DNA of 64,000 nt, taken from positions 69,969-133,968 of the forward strand of contig NVUH01000005.1 in NCBI GenBank assembly GCA_002401855.1. Reading direction: 5' to 3'. This document shows, piece by piece, positions 51,759 through 59,168 of this stretch (positions within the stretch are counted from its first letter, which is position 1; every line of letters starts with the position of its first letter). This DNA comes from Hyphomicrobiales bacterium. GTDB lineage: Bacteria > Pseudomonadota > Alphaproteobacteria > Rhizobiales > OSC116. The position numbers were made by a program, and so were the translations under genes. The notes below the pieces were generated by a model. It saw nothing but the letters and a program-made list of their open reading frames with translations. It had not been told where the DNA came from and did not search any database.

Positions 51759-52778
51759 ATGGCTGAAATAGAATTAAATGAAGTGGATAAAAAATCCAAA
51801 AAAGGCATGCTTTCGAAGCTGGACTTTAAAACATTAGGGCCATTTATCGCCATGATTGTTTTGTTCATATTTGGCTATCTAATCAATGATGCGTTTATCA
51901 ATTCGGGTAATTTATCTAACATTCTCACCCGTTCATCTTTTATCGGCATCATTGCGGTGGGGGCAACATTTGTTATTACGGCGGGTGGTATTGACCTGTC
52001 GGTAGGGTCGATGGCGGCGTTTATTTCGGGCATTATGATTTTGGTGATGAATGAGCTGAAAACGGTGATGGAACCTGGCTTGATGATTATATTTGCTGGT
52101 GTGGCCATATCTGTTGTGTTGGGTGTTGTGGCTGGTTTTATCAATGGTTTTTTGACTACAAAGGGTAAAATTGAGGCGTTTATTGTGACGCTTGGTTCGA
52201 TGGGCATTTATCGTTCACTGGTCACTTATAGTGCCGATGGTGGTACAATTTCGCTCGATCGTGAAGTGCGGGCAATTTACCGCCCCGTCTATTATGAAGA
52301 TTTATTTGGCATTCCTATTCCTGTATTGGTGTTTGTTGCGGTGGCGATTATTGGCTATATATTGCTCAATAAAACCGTATTTGGGCGGCATTGTTTTGCC
52401 ATTGGCTCTAATGAGAATGTGGCAAAATATTCGGCGGTGAATGTGGATATAACCCGCATTAAAACTTATATTTTGCAGGGTATTTGTGTGTCGATTGCGA
52501 CCATTATTTATGTGCCACGCTTAGGTTCTGCCTCGGCGCAAACCGGTACATTGTGGGAGCTTGAAGCGATTGCTGCGGTGATTATTGGTGGCACCATGCT
52601 CAAAGGTGGTTATGGCCGCATTTGGGGCACGGTTATGGGTGCGCTTATCCTCACAATGATTGGCAATATTTTGAATTTAACCGATTTAATATCAAATTAT
52701 TTGAACGGAGCTGTACAAGGCGTGATCATCGTCGTGGCCGTTTATTTACAACGTGGTGATTGGAAGAAGAAAAAGTAA
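51759..52778 (+). CDS. Sugar ABC transporter permease (RbsC/branched type)
   Basis: 339 aa, ~10 TM helices. Starts directly after the ATPase stop. Confidence 0.9.
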   Translation: MAEIELNEVDKKSKKGMLSKLDFKTLGPFIAMIVLFIFGYLINDAFINSGNLSNILTRSSFIGIIAVGATFVITAGGIDLSVGSMAAFISGIMILVMNELKTVMEPGLMIIFAGVAISVVLGVVAGFINGFLTTKGKIEAFIVTLGSMGIYRSLVTYSADGGTISLDREVRAIYRPVYYEDLFGIPIPVLVFVAVAIIGYILLNKTVFGRHCFAIGSNENVAKYSAVNVDITRIKTYILQGICVSIATIIYVPRLGSASAQTGTLWELEAIAAVIIGGTMLKGGYGRIWGTVMGALILTMIGNILNLTDLISNYLNGAVQGVIIVVAVYLQRGDWKKKK

Positions 52779-52867
52779 TCACTCGTTTATAAAAGCGGGT
52801 TTGAGAAATCAAACCCATAATTGGCGTTATATTTATGCGCCGCGAAAATAAAACCTGGGAGGGAAAA

Positions 52868-53824
52868 ATGAAATTTTCGACTAAATTACTAGGGGCTGTT
52901 GCTGGCCTCGCAATGGCTGTATCATCAGGCGTTGCATCTGCTGAACCCCATACAATGGGTGTATCTATCCCGACTGCCGACCATGGTTGGACAGGTGGTG
53001 TAAACTATCATGCACAAGTGACTAAAGAGCGTTTGGAAGCACTTTATCCAGACCTTAAAATTGTGTTGGTAACCGCTGCTGACCCAACTTCACAAGCTAA
53101 TGACTTGGAAGACCTTGTGTCTATTCATAAAATTGAAGCTTTGGTTATTTTGCCAACAGACGGTGGCCCGCTTACTGAGCCTATCCGTGATGTTAAAGCT
53201 TCAGGTGCAACCATTACAGTGGTTGACCGTAGCTTGACTGATAATTCACTTGTTGACATTTATGTGGCTGGTAACAACCCTGAATTGGGCACAACATCGG
53301 CTAAATATATGGCTGAACATATGAATGGTACGGGTAACATTGTGATCTTGCGCGGCCTGCCTATTTCTATTGATGAAGAACGTTTTGACGCTTTCATGGC
53401 TGAAATTGGTAAGAGCAGTGGCATTACAGTGCTTGATAATAAGCATGCTAACTGGAACCGTGATGATGGCTTTACAGTGATGCAAGATTTCTTGGCGCGT
53501 TTCCCTAAAATTGATGGCGTATGGGCGCAAGATGATGACATCGCGCTAGGTGTGATTGAAGCGGTTAAAGAAGCTGGCCGTGAAGATGAGCTATTTATTG
53601 TTGGCGGTGCTGGCATGAAAGAAATGGTTAAACGGGTTATGGATGGTGATAAATTGGTGCCTGTTGATGTGCTATATCCGCCTGCGATGATTGCAACGGC
53701 TATGGAGATTACTGCATTGCAATTCGTTTCTGGTGCACCTGTTGAAGGTACGTTTATTGTGGGTTCGCCTTTGATTACACAAGAAAATGCTGCTAAATAT
53801 TATTTCCCAGACTCTTTGTTCTAG
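52868..53824 (+). CDS. Periplasmic sugar-binding protein (RbsB-like)
   Basis: Signal peptide MKFSTKLLGAVAGLAMAVSSGVASA after GGGAGGG. Type I periplasmic binding fold. Confidence 0.85.
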   Translation: MKFSTKLLGAVAGLAMAVSSGVASAEPHTMGVSIPTADHGWTGGVNYHAQVTKERLEALYPDLKIVLVTAADPTSQANDLEDLVSIHKIEALVILPTDGGPLTEPIRDVKASGATITVVDRSLTDNSLVDIYVAGNNPELGTTSAKYMAEHMNGTGNIVILRGLPISIDEERFDAFMAEIGKSSGITVLDNKHANWNRDDGFTVMQDFLARFPKIDGVWAQDDDIALGVIEAVKEAGREDELFIVGGAGMKEMVKRVMDGDKLVPVDVLYPPAMIATAMEITALQFVSGAPVEGTFIVGSPLITQENAAKYYFPDSLF

Positions 53825-53849
53825 GATTTAAGGTTAGTTACGAGTTTAG

Positions 53850-53882
53850 ATGCCTGAGGCGAAAGCCTTGGGCATTTTTTTT
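53850..53882 (+). terminator. Rho-independent terminator of the ABC operon
   Basis: ATGCCTGAGGC-GAAA-GCCTTGGGCAT followed by an 8-nt T-run. Confidence 0.8.
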
Positions 53883-53884
53883 GC

Positions 53885-54045
53885 GGCTAGCTCTGAACTT
53901 CAGTACAGCACTCGTATCCAAATAACGTGCCATACAGTGAGCGCGACAGCGGCCGTTCGAAGCCGCTGTCGTGCTCGCTGAAATGGCCTTTGTTTGGAAA
54001 CGAGGGGTAGATAGAAACTCTGAGTTTGCAGTTTTGGAAGTTTAT
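53885..54045. repeat. Repeat-family locus G (outer-arm module of locus A)
   Basis: 19-bp stem CAGTGAGCGCGACAGCGGC (53935-53953), loop CGTTCGAA, GCCGCTGTCGTGCTCGCTG (53962-53980). Flanks match the locus A arm (CCTCGTTTCC, AAACTC(A/T)GAGTTT). Confidence 0.85.
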
Positions 54046-54061
54046 TGTTGACTCTCGGTAT

Positions 54062-54093
54062 TTATCAATTATGTTAATTAACAATAATGATAA
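54062..54093. promoter_or_regulatory. AT-rich imperfect palindrome upstream of an ArsR-family gene
   Basis: Perfect 12-bp core TGTTAATTAACA (54072-54083) within TTATCAATTATGTTAATTAACAATAATGATAA. Confidence 0.4.
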
Positions 54094-54108
54094 ATAAGGT
54101 TTCGCATT

Positions 54109-54423
54109 ATGCAGCTCGCAAATACATTTTCAGCATTAGGTAACGCCACGCGCTTTGCTATTGTTGAGCGTTTGCTTAACGAAGGTGAATTGCCAGCTGG
54201 GGCATTTCTGGATATGAATGGTGTTTCGCCACCTGCTATGTCGCGCCACTTTAAAGTGTTGCGTGAGGCGGGGATTGTTAAGCAGCGGATTGATAAACAA
54301 CGGCGGATATATTCGGTGCGGCCGCAAGCGGTGCAGCAGATTAGTGACTGGTCGATAAGTTATCGGAAGTTCTGGGAAAGCGGGCTTGATCGGTTGGCGC
54401 TGGCTTTGAGTGAGGATGTTTGA
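54109..54423 (+). CDS. ArsR/SmtB-family transcriptional regulator
   Basis: 104 aa. FSALGNATRFAIVERLL...PPAMSRHFKVLREAG. Confidence 0.85.
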   Translation: MQLANTFSALGNATRFAIVERLLNEGELPAGAFLDMNGVSPPAMSRHFKVLREAGIVKQRIDKQRRIYSVRPQAVQQISDWSISYRKFWESGLDRLALALSEDV

Positions 54424-54863
54424 TGGAAGATGGTATTCTAATCTTGGAGCGTACTTTTGATGCGCCGCCTTATAAAGTGTTTGATTATGTGACGAAGAAA
54501 GAAAATCTACTTAAATGGTGGGGGCCAGAAAATTGTTATGTCGATGATAATGATTTGGACTTTACCATGGTTGGGCCGTATTTTTTTGTGATGGTGGCGC
54601 CTAATGGTGCTAAGGCCAAAGTGAGTGGCAAGGTGCTTGCCGTCAACCCGCCTTATATGGTTGAATTTAATATGTCGATGCCGGGTGATGAAGACTGTTT
54701 ACGCATGAGTGTGGTTAAATTTAAATTAGCTGCAAATGATGCGGGTGGGACAGATTTTACGCTTACACAAAGCGGGCTTACCAGTGAAGAGATTACCTTT
54801 AACCGTACTAATGGTTGGGTATCCACCCTTGCCCGTTTAGAAAAATTATTGAAAGAAACTTAA
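54420..54863 (+). CDS. SRPBCC/AHSA1-domain protein
   Basis: 147 aa. ERTFDAPPYKVFDYVT....LLKWWGP. 4-nt overlap with the arsR-type gene, which is the common ArsR-SRPBCC pairing. Confidence 0.75.
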   Translation: MMEDGILILERTFDAPPYKVFDYVTKKENLLKWWGPENCYVDDNDLDFTMVGPYFFVMVAPNGAKAKVSGKVLAVNPPYMVEFNMSMPGDEDCLRMSVVKFKLAANDAGGTDFTLTQSGLTSEEITFNRTNGWVSTLARLEKLLKET

Positions 54864-54895
54864 ACTAACCCCCAAAAGTAAAAAAGGATGAAAAA

Positions 54896-55225
54896 ATGGA
54901 CGAATTTGCAATTATATATGTGGGTCAAGGCACGCCTGACAAAATGCCAAAGACTAAAGAAGAAGGCATGGCGCACCGCCAGAAATGGATGGAATGGGTC
55001 GCAAGTCTTGGTGATGCTGTGGTTAGCCCCGGCCAGCCGATGATGGAGCATAAATTGGTTTCCTCTGAAGGCGTTTCAGACGTTGCCGAGGATGAGAAAT
55101 TTACTGGCTTTGCTGTGGTGAAAGCCGAAAATATTGAAGCGGCGATTAAAATTGCCAAATCTGACCCATTTTTAAACATGGGCGGCGGCGTGCAAGTGGC
55201 CAAAATGATGAAAATGCCAGGTTAG
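54896..55225 (+). CDS. Small cytoplasmic protein, possibly YciI-like
   Basis: 109 aa. ...FTGFAVVKAENIEAAIKIAKSDPFL..GGGVQV resembles the YciI-like fold C-terminus. Weak call. Confidence 0.4.
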   Translation: MDEFAIIYVGQGTPDKMPKTKEEGMAHRQKWMEWVASLGDAVVSPGQPMMEHKLVSSEGVSDVAEDEKFTGFAVVKAENIEAAIKIAKSDPFLNMGGGVQVAKMMKMPG

Positions 55226-55240
55226 GAAAAAGGTGGATTT

Positions 55241-55606
55241 ATGAAATTTATTAAAACCGAAAATATCCCCCTTTGGGTGACATTATTAGCGATGATTTTG
55301 GCACTTTCGGGCATGGGTCTGGGTATTATGAGCTTGCTTGGCCCTGTGCCAGACGCGCCGCAAATTACGCCTTATTTGGGTGGTAGATCGTTTGGTGTGG
55401 GTGTGGTATTTGGCTTTGCTGTGCTGCTTAAAAGCCCAGCCACTTATATTGCGGCTTTTGTTGCAGGTGCTGCACGTGAAATTGGCGATGTGTTTGGTGA
55501 GCTTACAACAGCTGTACCGAGTATGGGTACGGTTGCTGTAGAGCTTGTTATTGCAGTGATTTGCTTATTTGCAGCTTATTTGGCAAACAAGGCTAGAAAA
55601 GCCTAG
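55241..55606 (+). CDS. Hypothetical membrane protein
   Basis: 121 aa, four hydrophobic helices. No family recognised. Confidence 0.5.
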   Translation: MKFIKTENIPLWVTLLAMILALSGMGLGIMSLLGPVPDAPQITPYLGGRSFGVGVVFGFAVLLKSPATYIAAFVAGAAREIGDVFGELTTAVPSMGTVAVELVIAVICLFAAYLANKARKA

Positions 55607-55635
55607 CTAACAATTAAAACCCATATGAAGTTAGA

Positions 55636-55664
55636 ATGCCTAAGCTTGCTTAGGCATTTTTTTT
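55636..55664 (+). terminator. Terminator hairpin overlapping the 3' end of the convergent hydrolase gene
   Basis: AATGCCTAAGC-TT-GCTTAGGCATT followed by a T-run. The same bases encode ...YIKKNA-stop on the minus strand. Confidence 0.7.
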
Positions 55665-56474
55665 GATGTAGGCAGCGATGAATGCTGCCAGTGGTTCATC
55701 GCGCAAGATGCGTTTGTGGCCTAGGCCTTGGGTTGCATGAAACTCACCATTTGGCCAGTTTTTTTGCAAATTGGTAAATTCGGAAAATGGGATTTCTTTG
55801 TCATTTTCGTCATGGATAATTAGCGGCAATCTGGCTTTATATATATCACTATTGATTAGGCTAATAGAATCGACGGTGTGTTGGGTTAGTGCGTTTAACT
55901 TATCTAGCATCAGCTTTTGTGCTTTAAGTGATAAGTGAATGGTGGCAAAATATTTGTTAAATACGGTGCGTATATTGGTTGGCGCGGATATGAAGACCAG
56001 AATTTTAGGTAATGTTATATATTTATGTAATAAGCCGATGATGGCGCCACCCATAGAGTGGCCAATATAGGCTGCAGGCTTTAAGTCTTGTGATGCTAAA
56101 TCTTCGATTAAGGCCAAAGTCATGCTTAAAATTTGTGTTTTGGTGCCTGGTGAGGCGCCATGGGCAGGGGCGTTCCAGCCAATAACTTGATAATTTTGGG
56201 CTAATAATGCCCGAATGATGACATGAAATTGAGTGCCGCGTGATTCCCAGCCATGGCATAAGAATATAAGCGGGGCAGCTGGGTCACCCCAAAGGGTGGC
56301 GCGTCTGCCGCTGCTAAATGTGAGCTGTGTGCCTTCATTAAACAAAGCCAGCTCTTGCTCATTTCTGTCAAATTTACGCGGTCTGCTGAATAGGCTCAAC
56401 GCTAGGTTTGCTGCCATATTGGGCGAGGTGGTGGAGAGAATATTTATGAATGTGGGAATGTATTTTCTGAGCAT
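55650..56474 (-). CDS. Alpha/beta hydrolase
   Basis: 274 aa. HGWESRG, nucleophile elbow GHSMGG, C-terminal GLGHKRIL. Confidence 0.8.
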   Translation of the reverse strand: MLRKYIPTFINILSTTSPNMAANLALSLFSRPRKFDRNEQELALFNEGTQLTFSSGRRATLWGDPAAPLIFLCHGWESRGTQFHVIIRALLAQNYQVIGWNAPAHGASPGTKTQILSMTLALIEDLASQDLKPAAYIGHSMGGAIIGLLHKYITLPKILVFISAPTNIRTVFNKYFATIHLSLKAQKLMLDKLNALTQHTVDSISLINSDIYKARLPLIIHDENDKEIPFSEFTNLQKNWPNGEFHATQGLGHKRILRDEPLAAFIAAYIKKNA

Positions 56475-56552
56475 ATGTGTATCAATTATGGGGGGCCTGA
56501 TTGATTGGTTATTTTTGAATATAGTTATTAAATGCTTAAAACTTCAATAAAT

Positions 56553-56652
56553 TGCCATGCAATAACTGCATGGCAGGGTTTCGATAATGGTGCTTTTCAA
56601 TAAAAAAATATTATCTATATTGGCGTTAACAGGGAGCGATGCTCCACAATAT
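56553..56652 (+). promoter_or_regulatory. Leader/promoter module of DUF1127 cassette 1
   Basis: Palindrome GCCATGCA-N5-TGCATGGC (56553-56573). TTTTCA-N16-TATATT (56593-56620). Hairpin GGAGC-GAT-GCTCC (56632-56644). TATATT/AATATA complementarity. Confidence 0.45.
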
Positions 56653-56675
56653 AACACCATTTATGGAGAAGAAAC

Positions 56676-56861
56676 ATGGCTTTATTTACAGCGAATAAAA
56701 ATGCAAAATCAAAAAAATCAACTGGTCTATTGGCTAGATTTAATGAATCGGCTAAATTGCGCCGTGCTGAAAAAGCATTGCTTAAATTAGATGATCGCAT
56801 GCTTTCTGACATTGGTGTGTCTCGCGGTGATGTTCATGGTAAAGTTTGGGGCCAATTCTAA
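56676..56861 (+). CDS. DUF1127 small protein (paralog 1)
   Basis: 61 aa. KLRRAEKALLKLDDRMLSDIGVSRGDV matches the DUF1127 signature (R-rich helix + LSDRxLxDIGxxRxD). RBS GGAGA. Confidence 0.85.
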   Translation: MALFTANKNAKSKKSTGLLARFNESAKLRRAEKALLKLDDRMLSDIGVSRGDVHGKVWGQF

Positions 56862-56909
56862 ACCTAACCGCTAATAATTAGATGCGCAAATTTTTTATAG
56901 GATAAAAAC

Positions 56910-57074
56910 ATGGCTTATATTACACATACGGATGAACTAAAAACAACTTCATCTATCTTTGCTAAGATTTCTAAATTCTTGAAGAGTGTTGGAAATTCTT
57001 TTATACGGGCGCAAGAAGCTCGGGCGCGTCAACATGTTAAAAAATATATGACCAAAAGCTATAAACCTTTTTAG
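56910..57074 (+). CDS. Possible 54-aa basic peptide co-transcribed with DUF1127 paralog 1
   Basis: Manual ORF (below track cutoff): MAYITHTDELKTTSSIFAKISKFLKSVGNSFIRAQEARARQHVKKYMTKSYKPF. AGGA lies 8 nt upstream. The only terminator follows it. Confidence 0.3.
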   Translation: MAYITHTDELKTTSSIFAKISKFLKSVGNSFIRAQEARARQHVKKYMTKSYKPF

Positions 57075-57113
57075 GTTGTTGCTAAGAATTTTGGTTAAAG
57101 TGTATTTTAAAAA

Positions 57114-57143
57114 GCCTTTCACGATTGTGAGAGGCTTTTTGTT
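57114..57143 (+). terminator. Rho-independent terminator after cassette 1
   Basis: GCCTTTCAC-GATT-GTGAGAGGC followed by TTTTT. Confidence 0.75.
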
Positions 57144-57163
57144 TGTGAAGATATTATGACGCT

Positions 57164-57279
57164 AGCTATGCAATGAATGCATGGCTGGTGCGTTATAACT
57201 GTGCTTTTCATCATGGCTTAGAGTGCCTATATATAAGTTATTAGATGAGCAAGGGCTCTTCTTATTTGCCAAATATAGG
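57164..57279 (+). promoter_or_regulatory. Leader/promoter module of DUF1127 cassette 2
   Basis: Palindrome AGCTATGCA-N5-TGCATGGCT (57164-57186). TTTTCA-N17-TATATA (57205-57233). Hairpin GAGC-AAGG-GCTC (57247-57258). CCTATAT/ATATAGG (57226-57232 / 57273-57279) overlaps the AGGA RBS. Confidence 0.45.
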
Positions 57280-57288
57280 ATTAATATC

Positions 57289-57474
57289 ATGGCTTTATTT
57301 ACATTGACAAAAACAGACAAAACTAAAAAAACTACCGGCTTTATTGCAAAATATAGCGAAACTGCTAAATTGCGCCGCGCCGAAAGAGAATTGAATAAAA
57401 TGAGTGATCGTATGCTTGAAGATATTGGTGTATCTCGCGGCGATGTGCACGGTAAAATTTGGGGTGAGTTCTAA
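57289..57474 (+). CDS. DUF1127 small protein (paralog 2)
   Basis: Start moved to internal ATG 57289 (MALFTLTKTDKTKK...). KLRRAERELNKMSDRMLEDIGVSRGDV. Confidence 0.85.
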   Translation: MALFTLTKTDKTKKTTGFIAKYSETAKLRRAERELNKMSDRMLEDIGVSRGDVHGKIWGEF

Positions 57475-57510
57475 GAACTAACCTAACCAACAGCCGAATA
57501 TAGTTTCTGA

Positions 57511-57546
57511 AGCCTTCTGATATTTTTAATGTCAGAGGGCTTTTTT
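57511..57546 (+). terminator. Rho-independent terminator after cassette 2
   Basis: GCCTTCTGA-N11-TCAGAGGGC followed by TTTTTT. Confidence 0.75.
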
Positions 57547-57556
57547 GTTGGTTAGA

Positions 57557-57715
57557 TTTATGTTTGGCCCCTGCGGGCACAACACATCCGTGTTGCTTGC
57601 TAAGCCACTCAGCCGCTGGTCTTATTGTTTATTCACCACCCCATTTAGGCTCATTATTTTACGTTGAGTAGAGTTTGGCGAAATACCGCATGTTGGTGCT
57701 ATACGGATATTCGGG
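57557..57715 (+). repeat. Repeat-family locus H (left-half variant)
   Basis: ATGTTTGGCC..., variant core with hairpin GCACAACAC-ATCC-GTGTTGC, then GCTAAGCCACTCAGCCGCTGGTC, ATTCACCACCCC, GAGTAGAGTTTGG. Confidence 0.85.
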
Positions 57716-57746
57716 ACTGGTTAGGGTGTGTCGGTTAAATTTTGGG

Positions 57747-57861
57747 GTCATGTAATAAATGCATGGCTGGTGTGTTGTAACTGCGCTTTTCATTGTGGGG
57801 TGGATTGCCTATATATAGGTTGTTAGACGGAACAAGGGTTCCTCTTATTGCTACATATAGG
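57747..57861 (+). promoter_or_regulatory. Leader/promoter module of DUF1127 cassette 3
   Basis: Palindrome GTCATGTA-N5-TGCATGGC (57747-57767, two G-T positions). TTTTCA-N17-TATATA (57787-57815). Hairpin GGAAC-AAGG-GTTCC (57829-57842). CCTATAT/ATATAGG (57808-57814 / 57855-57861). Confidence 0.45.
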
Positions 57862-57870
57862 ATTAGTATT

Positions 57871-58056
57871 ATGGGTTTATTTACATTGACGAAAACAGAA
57901 ACAACTAAAAAATCAGCTGGCTTTATCGCAAAATATAGCGAAACTGCTAAATTGCGCCGCGCTGAAAAAGAATTGAATAAAATGAGCGATCGTATGCTTG
58001 AAGATATTGGTATATCTCGCGGTGATGTTCATGGTAAAGTTTGGGGTTCTTTTTAA
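57871..58056 (+). CDS. DUF1127 small protein (paralog 3)
   Basis: Start moved to ATG 57871 (MGLFTLTKTETTKK...). 52 of 61 residues identical to paralog 2 by my count. Confidence 0.85.
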   Translation: MGLFTLTKTETTKKSAGFIAKYSETAKLRRAEKELNKMSDRMLEDIGISRGDVHGKVWGSF

Positions 58057-58087
58057 GAATAACCAACAGCCGAATATAGTTTCTAAA

Positions 58088-58121
58088 GCCTTCTGATATT
58101 ATAATGTCAGAGGGCTTTTTT
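58088..58121 (+). terminator. Rho-independent terminator after cassette 3
   Basis: GCCTTCTGA-N9-TCAGAGGGC followed by TTTTTT. Confidence 0.75.
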
Positions 58122-58132
58122 GTTGGTTGGTT

Positions 58133-58270
58133 TTATGTTTGGCCACTGCGTGCGCAACACATCCGTGTTGCTTGCTACGCCTAACGGCGACGGCCAGTCG
58201 GCCTTGCCTCAGCCTAAAGGCTTCGGATTTTTTCCCTCGAATGGTTTTACTCATCGCATGGTGAATGAGA
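58133..58270 (-). repeat. Repeat-family locus I (variant core + inverted right-half module)
   Basis: ATGTTTGGCCACTGCGTGCG, hairpin GCAACAC-ATCC-GTGTTGC, then TACGCCTAACGGCGAC-GGCC-AGTC-GGCC-TTGCCTCAGCCTAAAGGCTTCGG, the reverse complement of the right half of C, E and F. Confidence 0.85.
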
Positions 58271-58277
58271 CGTAAAG

Positions 58278-59156
58278 TCAAACTCTAAGTATGAGTGTTG
58301 CCCAGTCGTCGATGATGTTGCGGTCTACTTCTTTGAAGCCTTGGGCTTTGAAGTAGGATGAGACCCAGTTGGCTTGGGTGGCTAGTAGGCCTGAGAGTAT
58401 TAGTGAGCCGTCATCTGTTATGTTGTTTTTGATCTCGACTGCCATTGTGGTGAGAGGTTTGGCTAAAATGTTGGCGATGATGAGGTCATAGGGGGCGTTG
58501 TCACGTAGCTCAAGGTGGTTGAAGCCCTTGGCCGTGATCGGGGTGATTAGGTTTTGGACGTTGTTGATTGTTGCGTTTTCGCGCGTGATTTGGGTGGCGA
58601 CGGGGTCTATGTCGGTGGCGATGACGCGGGTTTTTAGGACTTTGGCGGTGGCAATTGCGAGTAAGCCGGTGCCTGTGCCTAGGTCTATTGGCTTGTGGAA
58701 TGCACCGACTTTTAGCAATTTGTCTAGGGCGATTAAGCAGCCTTTAGTGGTGCCGTGATGGCCTGTGCCGAAGGCTAAATTGGCGTCAATTTCTAGGCCA
58801 ATGGCTGATTGGGGGCATTTGTGGGCATCGTGTTTGCCGTGCAGGAAAAAACGACCTGCTTGTATGGGGGCGAGGGCGGTGAGGCTCTCGGCGACCCAGT
58901 TTACATTTTCATCTAAGGTGATGATGTTGATGTCGAGTGGTGCAAGGTTCGCATCGGTGAATAGCTTGTTTAACTCATCGGCTTTGGGTTTGAATTCATA
59001 ATAGGCGCGCAAATCCCACTCTTGGCTTTCGTCATGGGTTTCGAACCAAGTGATGCTCATGGCTTCTGGCCATAGGGCTTGCTCTAGGGCATCGGCATAT
59101 TGGTTGGCGATTGATTTGCTCGCGATGCATTGCGCGTAAAAACGGGCTTCTTCCAT
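58278..59156 (-). CDS. prmA: Ribosomal protein L11 methyltransferase
   Basis: 292 aa. FGTGHHGTT, SAM motif IDLGTGTGLLAIA, ANIL. Confidence 0.9.
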   Translation of the reverse strand: MEEARFYAQCIASKSIANQYADALEQALWPEAMSITWFETHDESQEWDLRAYYEFKPKADELNKLFTDANLAPLDINIITLDENVNWVAESLTALAPIQAGRFFLHGKHDAHKCPQSAIGLEIDANLAFGTGHHGTTKGCLIALDKLLKVGAFHKPIDLGTGTGLLAIATAKVLKTRVIATDIDPVATQITRENATINNVQNLITPITAKGFNHLELRDNAPYDLIIANILAKPLTTMAVEIKNNITDDGSLILSGLLATQANWVSSYFKAQGFKEVDRNIIDDWATLILRV

Positions 59157-59168
59157 TGTATCATTCCA

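Noticed and set aside
53950-53966. GGCCGTTCGAAGCC in loci G and A resembles a tRNA T-arm (GGTTCGAATCC)
   Set aside because: No acceptor stem, D-arm or anticodon arm can be drawn around it. It is the loop of a long perfect hairpin. I found no tRNA genes anywhere in the window.
57826-57850. GGAAC in the cassette 3 leader as an EcfG (general stress sigma) -35 box
   Set aside because: The GGAAC is not conserved in cassettes 1 and 2 (GGAGC, GAGC). No CGTT -10 element follows at 16-17 nt. It is better explained as one arm of the covarying hairpin.
56862-58125. Cuckoo/CcsR-type sRNAs downstream of the DUF1127 genes, as known in Rhodobacter
   Set aside because: No CCUCCUCCC-type loop motifs or tandem double-hairpin units are visible. 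The 3' regions contain only a simple terminator followed by repeat-family sequence.
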